Shown here: positions 38,926-48,346 of the stretch, piece by piece
Layout: each line of letters opens with the position of its first letter
Numbering within the stretch: the stretch's first letter is position 1
Assembly: GCA_034669905.1 (NCBI GenBank)
Contig: JAXMOL010000027.1
Span: forward strand, 1 to 64,000
DNA from: Candidatus Hydrogenedentota bacterium
GTDB taxonomy: Bacteria > Hydrogenedentota > Hydrogenedentia > Hydrogenedentales > JAEUWI01
Reading direction: 5' to 3'
Length of the DNA: 64,000 bases
The notes under the pieces: generated by a model
What the model saw: the letters and a program-made list of their open reading frames with translations, nothing else
Told to the model about the DNA's origin: nothing
The model's database searches: none
Made by a program: the position numbers and the translations under genes

Positions 38926-41900
38926 TCAGGTGTGGGTGGTCAATTCCGCCGCAATTAATTCGGCCTGTTTGAGCACCGTCTCCGTGGCCAGTTTCTGCAT
39001 GTCGGGTGGGTAGCCAAATTGCCGCAGGGTCCGCTTCACGATAACCTTCAATTTGGCCCGCACGCTCTCTTTGATGGTCCAGTCAATGGTTGCGTTACTA
39101 CGAACCCGCTCAAACAGCACCACGGCCAACTCACGGAGCTTGTCGTTTTCCATCACCTCACGGGCACTGTCGTTGTTGGCGATGGCCGTGTAAAAGGCAT
39201 ACTCAAAGTCGGAGAGGCCCATGGCCTTGGGTTCCTCGTCCATCTTGTGGATCTCTTTGCTGAGCTTGATGAGTTCCTCGATGACTTCCGCCGCCGTCAG
39301 CACCTTGTTGTGGTACTTCTTGATGGATGCTTCCAGCATTTCCATGAGGCTCTGGCTCTGGATGAGGTTCTTCTTCGTCCGGCTCTTGATTTCGTCGTTG
39401 AGCAGCTTCTTCAGCACCTCCAGCGCCAGGTTCTTGTGCTCCATGTCCTGCACTTCCAACAGGAACTCCTCGGAGAGGATGGAGATGTCCGGCTTCTTGA
39501 TTCCGGCCGCGTCGAATACGTCGATGACCTGCTCGCTCACCAGTGCCTGGTCGATGACCTGCCGGATGGCCGTCTCGATCTCTTCGTCGGTCTTGCCCGT
39601 GCCCGTGGCGTCGAATTTCGCCAGCCGCGACTTCACCGCCTGGAAGAAGGCCACCTCGTCCTTGGCGTCCATGGCCTGCTCGTGGGGTATGGCAATGGCG
39701 AAAGCCTGCGACAACGCCGTCACCTCGTTGATGAAGCGCTTCTTGCCGTCTTCCAACCCCAGGATGTGATCTTCCGCCGCCAGAATGAGGGACAACTTCT
39801 TCCGGGTGTCCGCGTCGAAGTAGTCCTCATAGGCGAAGCCGTGGAAGAGTTGGGAAACCACCTCCAGCTTCTCCAGCATGAGCGCCACGGCCTTTTCCTG
39901 TGCGATGGCCGGGTCACCCTTGCCGCCGCTGTCGGAATAGAAACTCAGGGCCTTCTTGAGGTCCGAGGCGATGCCCAAATAGTCCACCACGAGCCCCCCG
40001 GTCTTGTCTTTGTAGACCCGGTTGACCCGCGCAATGCCCTGCATGAGGTTGTGCCCCTTCATGGGCTTGTCGATGTAGAGCGTGTGCAAGGAGGGCACGT
40101 CAAAGCCCGTGAGCCACATGTCCCGCACGATGCACAGCTTCAGCGGGTCGTCGGGGTCCTTCATGCGCTCCGCCAGGGTCCGGCGCTGGTCTTTGGTGGT
40201 GTGGTGCCTGGCAATCTCGGGACCATCGGAGGAGGCCGAGGTCATGACCACCTTGATAACGCCCTTCTTCAGGTCGTCGTCGTGCCACGCGGGCCGGAGG
40301 GCGATAATCTCTTTGTAGAGAGCCGCCGCGATGCGCCGGGACATGGCCACCACCATGGCCTTACCCTCGGAGGCCAATTGGCGCTGCTCAAAGTGGGCCA
40401 CCATGTCCGCCGCCACCTTTCGGAGGCGCTGCTCGCTGCCGATGAGGGCCTCCAGTTGGGTCCATTTCGCTTTGGACTTCTGGGTATCCGTCAGGTCTTC
40501 CTGGTCGAGTTCGTCGTCCAGGTTTTCGACCAACTTTTTGCCCGCCTTGCTCAGGCTGATTTTGGCCAGTCGGCTCTCGTAGTAGATGCGCACCGTGGCC
40601 CCGTCTTCCACGGCCTGGGCAATGTCGTATACGTCCACATAGTTGCCAAAGACGGCAGGGGTGTTCACGTCCGTGCTTTCGATGGGCGTGCCCGTGAAAC
40701 CGAGGTAGGTCGCATTGGGCAGGGCGTCCCGCATGTACTTGGCGAAGCCATAGACCACCTTCTTGCCGATGATGTTGCCGTACTCGTCCTTGTCATCGAT
40801 GGTCTTGGCCTGGAAGCCGTATTGGGTGCGGTGCGCTTCGTCGGCGATGACCACAATGTTCTCCCGGTCGGAAAGGGTCTCATAGACGTTCCCTTCGTCG
40901 GGCTGGAATTTCTGGATGGTGGTAAAGACCACGCCGCCGGAGGCCACCTTGAGCAGGTCCTTCAGGTGGTTCCGGTCCGCCGCCTGCACCGGTTCCTGGC
41001 GGAGCAATTGCTTCGAGGCCGCGAAGGTGTCAAAGAGCTGGTCGTCCAGGTCGTTCCGGTCGGTAATGACCACAATGGTGGGGTTGTCCATGGCAAGGAC
41101 CACCTTCCCCGTGTAGAAGACCATGGAGAGGGACTTCCCACTGCCCTGGGTGTGCCACACCACGCCGCCCTTGCGGTCGCCCGCGGGTTGACCCGCCACG
41201 CCTGGCAGGCCGTAGCTCTCGGGCGATTCGGCAGGCCCTGCTTGCGTCGTGGATTTCCCCACAAAGCCCGATGCCCGCAGGGTCGAGGTCACGGCACGGT
41301 TCACGGCGTAGTATTGGTGGTAGCTCGCCAGCTTCTTCACCGTCTCGATGGTGATAACGCCCGTCTCCCGGTCTTCCTTGCGGTTCTTCTCGAACACAAT
41401 GAAGGACTTGATGAGGTCGAGCAGGGTAGTCGGGTTCAGCATCCCCTTTATCAGGGTCTCCATCTGGCCCACCAGGGGCGAGGCCTTCGTCTTGCCGTCG
41501 CTCGTCTTCCAGGCCATGAAGCGCGTAAACCCGGCGGAGATAGTCCCGGCCCGCGCCTCCAGGCCATCCGAGGCCACCAGGAAGCCGTTATACGTGAAGA
41601 GGCTGGGGATGGCCTGTTTGTAGGTCTGGAGCTGATTCCAGGCCGATTTCACCGTAGCGTTGGCGTCCGCCGCGTTCTTCAGCTCGATGACCACCAGGGG
41701 CAGGCCGTTGACAAAGAGAATCACGTCGGGACGCTTGTTAACGCCGTTCTCGATGATGGTGAACTGGTTGACGCACCGATAATCGTTGTTCTCGGGGTCG
41801 TGGAAATCCACCAGCCAGACCAGTTCCCCCCGTTCGTGGCCGTTGTGCTGGTAGGTAACCTTGATGCCCTCGGTGAGCATCCGGTGGAAGGATTCGTTGT

Positions 41901-42156
41901 TGGCGATAGGCTCCGGGGAACTGATGCGGAGGAGTTGCTTGATGGCGTCCTCGCGGGCGTCCGGCGGGATGTCGGGATTGATACGCGCCACGGCGTCGCG
42001 CAACCGCTCCAGCAGGAGCACGTCCTCGAAGCTCTGCCGCTCGGGTGACTCGCCGTCGGGCGCAATGTCTGGGCCATAGGTATACGCATAGCCCTTCTTC
42101 TCCAGGAGCTCGATGGCGAGGTGCTCTATGGCGTCTTCGGTGATCTTCTCCATCAT
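38926..42156 (-). CDS. hsdR: Type I restriction endonuclease subunit R
   Basis: RPDVILFVNGLPLVVIELKN nuclease motif, WHTQGSGKS, DEAHR, FTGTP, DMWLTGFD. Confidence 0.97.
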   Translation of the reverse strand: MMEKITEDAIEHLAIELLEKKGYAYTYGPDIAPDGESPERQSFEDVLLLERLRDAVARINPDIPPDAREDAIKQLLRISSPEPIANNESFHRMLTEGIKVTYQHNGHERGELVWLVDFHDPENNDYRCVNQFTIIENGVNKRPDVILFVNGLPLVVIELKNAADANATVKSAWNQLQTYKQAIPSLFTYNGFLVASDGLEARAGTISAGFTRFMAWKTSDGKTKASPLVGQMETLIKGMLNPTTLLDLIKSFIVFEKNRKEDRETGVITIETVKKLASYHQYYAVNRAVTSTLRASGFVGKSTTQAGPAESPESYGLPGVAGQPAGDRKGGVVWHTQGSGKSLSMVFYTGKVVLAMDNPTIVVITDRNDLDDQLFDTFAASKQLLRQEPVQAADRNHLKDLLKVASGGVVFTTIQKFQPDEGNVYETLSDRENIVVIADEAHRTQYGFQAKTIDDKDEYGNIIGKKVVYGFAKYMRDALPNATYLGFTGTPIESTDVNTPAVFGNYVDVYDIAQAVEDGATVRIYYESRLAKISLSKAGKKLVENLDDELDQEDLTDTQKSKAKWTQLEALIGSEQRLRKVAADMVAHFEQRQLASEGKAMVVAMSRRIAAALYKEIIALRPAWHDDDLKKGVIKVVMTSASSDGPEIARHHTTKDQRRTLAERMKDPDDPLKLCIVRDMWLTGFDVPSLHTLYIDKPMKGHNLMQGIARVNRVYKDKTGGLVVDYLGIASDLKKALSFYSDSGGKGDPAIAQEKAVALMLEKLEVVSQLFHGFAYEDYFDADTRKKLSLILAAEDHILGLEDGKKRFINEVTALSQAFAIAIPHEQAMDAKDEVAFFQAVKSRLAKFDATGTGKTDEEIETAIRQVIDQALVSEQVIDVFDAAGIKKPDISILSEEFLLEVQDMEHKNLALEVLKKLLNDEIKSRTKKNLIQSQSLMEMLEASIKKYHNKVLTAAEVIEELIKLSKEIHKMDEEPKAMGLSDFEYAFYTAIANNDSAREVMENDKLRELAVVLFERVRSNATIDWTIKESVRAKLKVIVKRTLRQFGYPPDMQKLATETVLKQAELIAAELTTHT

Positions 42157-42176
42157 CGATTCCCCCAATTCATTCG

Positions 42177-42400
42177 TAGTCCCGAAGGGACGGCATAGAG
42201 TAGCCCAGGCGTGAGCGAAGCGAACCCTGGGATCACGCCCAATAGAAATCCGGAGCGCCGAAGGTGCGGCATAGGTGAACCGGCGCCATTCCCCCGACGT
42301 AGTCTATGCCGCCCCGCTGGGGCTCGTGGGATGGGGACGGCCAGACCCAGGGCTTGCTGCGCGGCGCCCTGGGCTACGATATGCCGTCCCTGCGGGACTA
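42177..42400. repeat. 224-bp REPIN/MITE-like element with ~33-bp terminal inverted repeats
   Basis: TAGTCCCGAAGGGACGGCATA / TATGCCGTCCCTGCGGGACTA (20/21 complementary), extended by GTAGCCCAGG/CCTGGGCTAC. Confidence 0.85.
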
Positions 42401-42481
42401 TGACGTTACAGTTTTTGCGCTTTTCTCCGGACATCACCTTGGTATCCAACCCTCCGTATATATCCCATTCCACAAACGAAT

Positions 42482-43456
42482 CTACAGCCGCCTCTTCGAG
42501 TTTACTTCGTAGTTTTCACCCGTCATAACAGATTCTAGGTAGTCGTCATCCAGTAACCTAAGAATTCCCCATTTGTCTTTGTCATCAAACATCAATTTCT
42601 CATTCTTTCCTTTTCCAACGGTCTTAATGGGGAGTTTGTATTTCTTGATGACTTTCCTAATGTCACTCATGGTAATCGACGCGAAATAGGGCTTTGAGGC
42701 GATGTTTTTCAGCTTGGCAATTTTCTGAAGATGTCCCTCACACGCGATCTCGAAGGCATCAAAGTTTTTTATCGGAATCCTTTGCTTTATTTCATCCAGC
42801 GTCTCACGCGCTGTTTCGATGAGAAGCTCATAGAATCGGAAAATCCGCTGGAAATTGCCTTTATTGATTATAAAGAGGTGGTTGCCATAAACAATGCAGT
42901 CTACTCCCTGATCGAAGAGAAGCATGGCGTCGCGATAGCGGTCATAATGTCCCTTCTGGAGCACAATCGCAAAGAGCCGTGACCGCGTCAATTCCTTCTT
43001 CGGACTGTAGGTGCGAAAGAATAAGAGCGGTTCTCCCTTCTTAGGGGTCAAGGTAATAACGTAAAATCGCATTCCATTTATGAAATCCCTGTCCTGGGAG
43101 AAGGTATCTAATTCATTGACAGTCTCGAGGCTTTCAATTTGGTCCGCTACAGCGTCATGTTCGTCGAGATCTAAGCACTCGACTTCGTGAGTATCCAGTT
43201 TTGTACTGGGGTCGTATGCCTGAATAACGATATCGTCGGTTGCATACCCCACCTCCAGTTTCGTAATGGCGCCACGGCAAATGTCTTTGAAGTCATCGGC
43301 AAGATCAATTGAAATAGCGAGGCGTTGAAAGTCCGGCGTGTCGTCGTCTCCGGATAGCGACGCCAGGCACACTTGCACGTCACAATCATCAATCTCGGTA
43401 TCCAAGATTGCTTTCAATGAATCCCGAAAAAAATCCTTTTGCTTCCTCGATGTCAT
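42482..43456 (-). CDS. kwaB: Kiwa anti-phage protein KwaB (DUF4868)
   Basis: 324 aa; LFD..VDCI.Y...LFI..KGNFQRIF and LRLLDDDYLESVMTGENY C-terminal pattern; ATGA overlap with the upstream TM gene; AT-rich. Confidence 0.8.
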   Translation of the reverse strand: MTSRKQKDFFRDSLKAILDTEIDDCDVQVCLASLSGDDDTPDFQRLAISIDLADDFKDICRGAITKLEVGYATDDIVIQAYDPSTKLDTHEVECLDLDEHDAVADQIESLETVNELDTFSQDRDFINGMRFYVITLTPKKGEPLLFFRTYSPKKELTRSRLFAIVLQKGHYDRYRDAMLLFDQGVDCIVYGNHLFIINKGNFQRIFRFYELLIETARETLDEIKQRIPIKNFDAFEIACEGHLQKIAKLKNIASKPYFASITMSDIRKVIKKYKLPIKTVGKGKNEKLMFDDKDKWGILRLLDDDYLESVMTGENYEVNSKRRL

Positions 43457-43965
43457 GCTTTCGCCTCCAGGTAGAGTTCGTCACCGGCCTTCACCGCACT
43501 CACTGCTGTACCCCGACGTACGCGATTCTTGGTAATTAAGGATGCGGTCTCTCCGCTTTCCAACTCCACTTCATAAATATGATAGCCAAATAGGTTTAAC
43601 ATCGGGTTGATATGCAACATATCCGAGTTTATATATAGAATCCCAAGAACGACGAAGAAAATGGCCAGGCTCATCCCTTCCTTGAACGTGCCCACAGGCA
43701 GGTCAAGAAAGGGCAGCAAATACGTTACGATGTAACTCATCGCCTCCCCGTCGCGCCGATTGACCGCAGCAACTTTGATTGAGATCGGGTTTACTTTCCG
43801 TATTACCCATAGGTACGACACCATCCCAGCCAAGCCAATGGTTACCGCAACTGATATTCCGAATGCCCACTTGGGCTCGTCCTGATACAACTGGACGCAA
43901 AATATGGCCCCAAGGGGAAAGTAGGAACTCAAAAAGAGCATTACTCGGATCAGGAAACTTGGCAT
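43453..43965 (-). CDS. kwaA: Kiwa anti-phage membrane protein KwaA
   Basis: Four hydrophobic segments; FLSSYFPL, MSYIVTYLLPF, INPMLNLFGYHIY motifs; adjacent to kwaB. Confidence 0.8.
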   Translation of the reverse strand: MPSFLIRVMLFLSSYFPLGAIFCVQLYQDEPKWAFGISVAVTIGLAGMVSYLWVIRKVNPISIKVAAVNRRDGEAMSYIVTYLLPFLDLPVGTFKEGMSLAIFFVVLGILYINSDMLHINPMLNLFGYHIYEVELESGETASLITKNRVRRGTAVSAVKAGDELYLEAKA

Positions 43966-43981
43966 ATCCGTGCCCCTTTCT

Positions 43982-44010
43982 CTTCTATGTCTATACTATA
44001 CCGTTGTCAA
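43982..44010 (-). promoter_or_regulatory. Possible internal promoter for kwaAB
   Basis: Minus strand TTGACA-N17-TAGAAG in an AT-rich gap. Confidence 0.35.
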
Positions 44011-44036
44011 CGAATATTATTCACGGTTGCTCCCAG

Positions 44037-45200
44037 TTACTGAGCAACCCGGACTTCACCGCTCATGAGATTAGGAAGTAAAGTGTCGCGGAGATTTTCG
44101 AGCTTGTGAAGCTGTGCGTTGTTCAAAATCAGCTTGTCAATCAGTGGCTCCATGAAACCATTCATGGTATCAAGTTCGTCGTCATCAGGAACGAGCACCA
44201 TCGAGTTGGAGAGGTCTCTTCGCTTGATGTGCCCCATAGTCGTTGCTTTGCTCTCAGCGATAGCAATGAATTCCTGAAGGTGGTACCTCGTCCACAAGTA
44301 AATGAACCATTTCGAATATCTCTGGGAGGTAACCTTGAACAGGTGCTGGTTCAAGACGCATTCGCTGCCGTCCCAGAGTTTCACCACCAGACTTCCGGAC
44401 CAAGAAAAGATGATGTCACCGCTACGAACGATGTATTCCTCTTTCACGTCGGAAGTCGCCCAGTCAGAGTTCTCGGTGACTCCTCCCTTAAGTTCTTTTA
44501 TCTTGAGCACGGGCAGCTTATCGACTTCGTTTTGAGGTGGATACTTCTGGCACGCCAAACCGTTTAAGAAGTCTGCGACTACATCCAGCGGCATCTCCTC
44601 CCAATCGTCCTGGGCTTCCTCCACGAACCACTGCCGGAACAGCGTTTCGGCCATGGCTTCGAGGGTCTTGTTCTGGCGGTGGAGCAGGTCGATTTTGTCG
44701 TCCAGACTCGAAAGGACGGCGGCGATGGCTTTTTGTTCCGCCAGCGGGGGGAGGGTTACCGGAAGGTCTAGGAGGTGAGGGACTTTAATGCTCGGCTGCA
44801 CCCCACCGATGTCCAAGCTCAACATAAGATCTCGACCCAGTGGACTGGATAGGAAATAGTAGAGAAACTCTCCCGAATTCTCCGGACTACATCGCAAAGC
44901 AACTAGGTTTTGGGCTATTGCGCCGTTCCGTGCAGACATCATTGCGACGTTACCTATGGTGCCAACCGTTGGCACCAGGACATCCCCTACATCCGGGTGG
45001 CCAGAGCGAAACCACGTCTTAAACGTTTCTTCGCTCACGAACTTTCGAACCGTCGTGTAGTTAGGCGAGCGAAGAGTGGAGGAGACTGCATTTACTTCCA
45101 GCAATGGTTGACCGAACTCCTGTGTCGGTGGAGTCTTACCTCTGTTGTCGACAACCTTTTGTAGAAGGTCACCGAGCCGCTCTGTCCTCCACTCACCCAT
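44037..45200 (-). CDS. hsdS: Type I R-M specificity subunit
   Basis: Two TRDs joined by the conserved LPPLAEQKAIAAVLSSLDDKIDL helix; C-terminal LRDTLLPNLMSGEVRV. Confidence 0.95.
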   Translation of the reverse strand: MGEWRTERLGDLLQKVVDNRGKTPPTQEFGQPLLEVNAVSSTLRSPNYTTVRKFVSEETFKTWFRSGHPDVGDVLVPTVGTIGNVAMMSARNGAIAQNLVALRCSPENSGEFLYYFLSSPLGRDLMLSLDIGGVQPSIKVPHLLDLPVTLPPLAEQKAIAAVLSSLDDKIDLLHRQNKTLEAMAETLFRQWFVEEAQDDWEEMPLDVVADFLNGLACQKYPPQNEVDKLPVLKIKELKGGVTENSDWATSDVKEEYIVRSGDIIFSWSGSLVVKLWDGSECVLNQHLFKVTSQRYSKWFIYLWTRYHLQEFIAIAESKATTMGHIKRRDLSNSMVLVPDDDELDTMNGFMEPLIDKLILNNAQLHKLENLRDTLLPNLMSGEVRVAQ

Positions 45201-45250
45201 CAATCTTCACCTCCGCCAGATTCTCCGCAATCGCTTTATTCAAGAGGGCC
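45193..45250 (-). pseudogene. Orphan duplicate of the hsdM 3' end
   Basis: Encodes [16 protein letters not shown] versus [15 protein letters not shown] in hsdM; identical 21-mer CGCCAGATTCTCCGCAATCGC at 45214-45234 and 46460-46480. Confidence 0.85.
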
Positions 45251-45256
45251 CGGTGG

Positions 45257-45305
45257 GAATAGAGAATAGAGAATTTAGAATAGTGAATGGTGAATAGTGA
45301 ACGGT
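45257..45305. repeat. Seven tandem degenerate heptamers (GAATAGA/GAATAGT)
   Basis: GAATAGA GAATAGA GAATTTA GAATAGT GAATGGT GAATAGT GAACGGT. Confidence 0.9.
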
Positions 45306-45380
45306 GCGTGAAAGACGGGGCGCATCCCGTCCAGCCCATTCTCCGTGGCAGCGCATTGCTGTTTGTGGTGGTCATGGTAC

Positions 45381-46445
45381 TCATAGCGATTCCTCGCGCA
45401 ATTCGGCCTCGATCTGCTCGATGGTGGGCAGGGCGGGCTTGAGGTCGTCGGGCAGCGTGCGGGTGAGGGTGTATTCGCTTACACCGATGGGCTGTTGGGT
45501 GTTTTTCAAGGCGTATTCCACCACGGTATCGTTCTTGGACTTGCAGATAAGCATGCCGATAGTAGGCTTGTCTCCGTCGGCGCGCAGGTGCTCGTCCACG
45601 GCGGTGACGTAGAAATTGAGTTTTCCGGCAAACTCGGGCTGGAACTTGCCGGTTTTCAACTCCACCACCACATAACAATGGAGCCCCGTGTGATAGAAGA
45701 GCAGGTCGATCTGGAATTCGTCGCCGCCGACCTCGATCCGGTATTGCCGCCCGACAAAGGCGAACCCCGCGCCGAGTTCCAAGAGGAATCGGGTCAGGTG
45801 GTCGACCAAGGCATGCTCCAGTTCCCGTTCGTCGTAGCGTTCGGTCAGGGTGAGAAAATCGAAGGTGTAGGGGTTCTTCAGCGTTTCACGCGCCAGGTCG
45901 GACTGGGGCGCGGGGAGGGTAGCCTCGAAATTGGTCACCGCCTGGCCCGCGCGCTGGTGGAGGCCGCTCTCGATCTGGTGGGTCAGCACGGCGCGGGACC
46001 AATTGTTTTCGATGGTCTTGCGGACGTAGAAGAGCGCTTGGTCACGGTTCTGAATTTTGGTCAGAATGACGACATGATGCCACCAGGGTATTTGGAAGAT
46101 GCCTTTTTCGCAGTTTTCTTCCAATTGCGTAGCAGCCTGCTTCGCAATTGGACGGTCGCTTGACCAGAAGAGATACCAACGGCGAATGTGCTCCAGATTT
46201 CGTTTGGAAAAACCCCTTAGCTCAGGGAATTCCGCCGAGAGGTCCTTACTCAGGTGTTCCAAGAGGCTGTCGCCCCAACGGGCCTGTTGCTGCTTCTCCA
46301 CGATGTCACGGCCCAGTTCCCAGTAAAACTCCAGCAGCGTGGTATTAACCCGAACAGCCGCCTTGAGTTGAGACGTACGGACACGCGCTTTGAGTTCACC
46401 CAGCCATTCAGCATAGGTGGTATCGGCGGAGAGTTCATGCTTCAT
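45381..46445 (-). CDS. yhcG: YhcG/DUF1016 PD-(D/E)XK nuclease family protein
   Basis: [43 protein letters not shown]...VVELK, GKLNFY. Confidence 0.92.
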   Translation of the reverse strand: MKHELSADTTYAEWLGELKARVRTSQLKAAVRVNTTLLEFYWELGRDIVEKQQQARWGDSLLEHLSKDLSAEFPELRGFSKRNLEHIRRWYLFWSSDRPIAKQAATQLEENCEKGIFQIPWWHHVVILTKIQNRDQALFYVRKTIENNWSRAVLTHQIESGLHQRAGQAVTNFEATLPAPQSDLARETLKNPYTFDFLTLTERYDERELEHALVDHLTRFLLELGAGFAFVGRQYRIEVGGDEFQIDLLFYHTGLHCYVVVELKTGKFQPEFAGKLNFYVTAVDEHLRADGDKPTIGMLICKSKNDTVVEYALKNTQQPIGVSEYTLTRTLPDDLKPALPTIEQIEAELREESL

Positions 46446-47989
46446 GGGATTTTCACCTTCGCCAGATTCTCCGCAATCGCCTTGTTCAGCCGCGCCTCTT
46501 CCTCTAATTGCGCCTCAAACTCCGCCTTCAGCGCCGTGAAGCGCTCCTTGAAGTCGAAGTCGTCTTCCTCATCCGCCAACCCCACGTAGCGCCCCGGCGT
46601 GAGCACGTAGTCCAGTTCCTTCACCCGTTCCACCGTGGTGGACGCACAGAAGCCTTTCACGTCTTCATAATCCCCATCGGGATTACGCCAAGCATGGTAG
46701 GTCTCCGCAATCTGCTGGATGTCCTCGTCGGAGAACTCCTTCGTCCGGCGATTGATGAGGTGGCCCAGGTTGCGGGCGTCGATGAAGAGAATCTCGTCCA
46801 CCCGGTTGCGGAACTTGCCGCTGGCCTTGTTACGGCTGAGAAACCAGAGACAGGCGGGTATCTGGGTATTCAGGAATAGCTTGGCGGGCATGTTGACAAT
46901 GCAGTCCACGAGGCGGGCTTCCACAAGGGCCTTGCGGATGTCCCCTTCGCCGGAGGATTTGGAGGTCAATGCGCCCTTGGCCAAGACAAAGCCCGCCTGG
47001 CCGCTGGGGCTGAGGTGGTAGAGGAAGTGCTGTATCCAGCCATAGTTCGCGTTGCCGCTGGGCGGTGCGCCGAACTTCCAGCGCCCGTCATTCCGCAGGA
47101 GGTCGCCGCTCCAGTCGCTGTCGTTGAAGGGCGGGTTGGCGATGACGTAGTCCGCCTTGAGGTCCTTGTGGGCGTCGTTGAGGAAGGAGCCTTCGTTGTT
47201 CCACTTCACCTGGGAACTGTCGATGCCCCGGATGGCCAGATTCATTTTGGCCAGCCGCCACGTGGTGTGGTTGCTCTCCTGGCCGTAGATGGAGAGGTCG
47301 TTCACCTTGCCCTGGTGGCTTTCCACGAATTTCTCGGACTGGACAAACATGCCGCCGGAGCCACAGCAGGGGTCAAAGACCCGGCCCTTGGTCGGCTCCA
47401 GCATTTCCACCAGCAACTCCACCACGCTCTTGGGCGTGTAGAACTGGCCGCCCTTCTTCCCTTCCGCCAGGGCGAACTCGCCCAGGAAATACTCGAAGAC
47501 ATGGCCCAGCAGGTCGGCGCTTCGGGCCTTGGCATCCCCCAGGGCAATGTTGCCCACGAGGTCGATGAGCCCGCCCAGGGAGGTGGGGTCCAGGTTGCCC
47601 CGCGCAAAGACCTTGGGCAACACATCCTTCAGGGACGGGTTCTCCCGCTCGATGGCGTCCATGGCCTCATCCACGGTCTTGCCGATAGTGGGCTGCTTCG
47701 CGTGGGACTGGAGGAAGCTCCACCGTGCCCCAGGCGGCACGAAGAAGACATTTTCGCCCTTGTACTCGTCCTTGTCCTCCGGGTCCGCCCCGGCGTATTC
47801 GCCCTCGCCCGCCGTCAGGGTCGCGTGAAGTTCTTCGAAGGCATCCGAGATGTATTTCAGGAAAATCAGCCCCAGGACAATGTGCTTGTACTCCGCCGCG
47901 TCAATGTTCTTCCTGAGTTTGTCCGCCGCCTTCCAAAGCTGTTTCTCGATGGGTTCTTCTGTGGTCGTCTTCTTCTTGGCTTTCGCCAT
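46442..47989 (-). CDS. hsdM: Type I R-M DNA methyltransferase subunit (m6A)
   Basis: [38 protein letters not shown]. Confidence 0.97.
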   Translation of the reverse strand: MAKAKKKTTTEEPIEKQLWKAADKLRKNIDAAEYKHIVLGLIFLKYISDAFEELHATLTAGEGEYAGADPEDKDEYKGENVFFVPPGARWSFLQSHAKQPTIGKTVDEAMDAIERENPSLKDVLPKVFARGNLDPTSLGGLIDLVGNIALGDAKARSADLLGHVFEYFLGEFALAEGKKGGQFYTPKSVVELLVEMLEPTKGRVFDPCCGSGGMFVQSEKFVESHQGKVNDLSIYGQESNHTTWRLAKMNLAIRGIDSSQVKWNNEGSFLNDAHKDLKADYVIANPPFNDSDWSGDLLRNDGRWKFGAPPSGNANYGWIQHFLYHLSPSGQAGFVLAKGALTSKSSGEGDIRKALVEARLVDCIVNMPAKLFLNTQIPACLWFLSRNKASGKFRNRVDEILFIDARNLGHLINRRTKEFSDEDIQQIAETYHAWRNPDGDYEDVKGFCASTTVERVKELDYVLTPGRYVGLADEEDDFDFKERFTALKAEFEAQLEEEARLNKAIAENLAKVKIP

Positions 47990-48346
47990 GCGTCTCTCCT
48001 GCCTATTCTCGTGCGGATGGAGGGGGCTAGTTGGAAGAGGCCGCTACAAAGATGCTCTCATACTCCCCCCAAAATCACGCCCGGAATTGGGTGTGATCCG
48101 CCCTCTTCGTGGGACAAGAATACCCCCTTTACCTTCGGGATGCAAGATGGTAGCCAAACAGGAAGGGTGTATTTCTGGTGGTGGGCGCGAAAACGTGTGA
48201 GCCCAGTGGGCCTTGCCGCGGACAGGCGTATTCGCGGTCCTATGATCGCTATTGAAACGATGCTTCCCAATAGTGAATAGTGATCCCTTGACCTAATCCT
48301 CGCGACCGCGGTGGTGTCGCGTGCACTTTTCAGGAGAGAGCGCCTT

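Noticed and set aside
39019..42048. 1009-aa ORF on the + strand
   Set aside because: Antisense shadow of hsdR caused by GC-rich codon bias; no recognisable motifs
42153..42528. Short ORFs on both strands between kwaB and hsdR
   Set aside because: They span the palindromic REPIN element; no RBS or domain evidence
45193..45678. 161-aa ORF ending in an HsdM-like tail
   Set aside because: Mostly an alternative frame of yhcG plus the heptamer array; only the last ~18 codons are meaningful and are reported as a duplicated remnant
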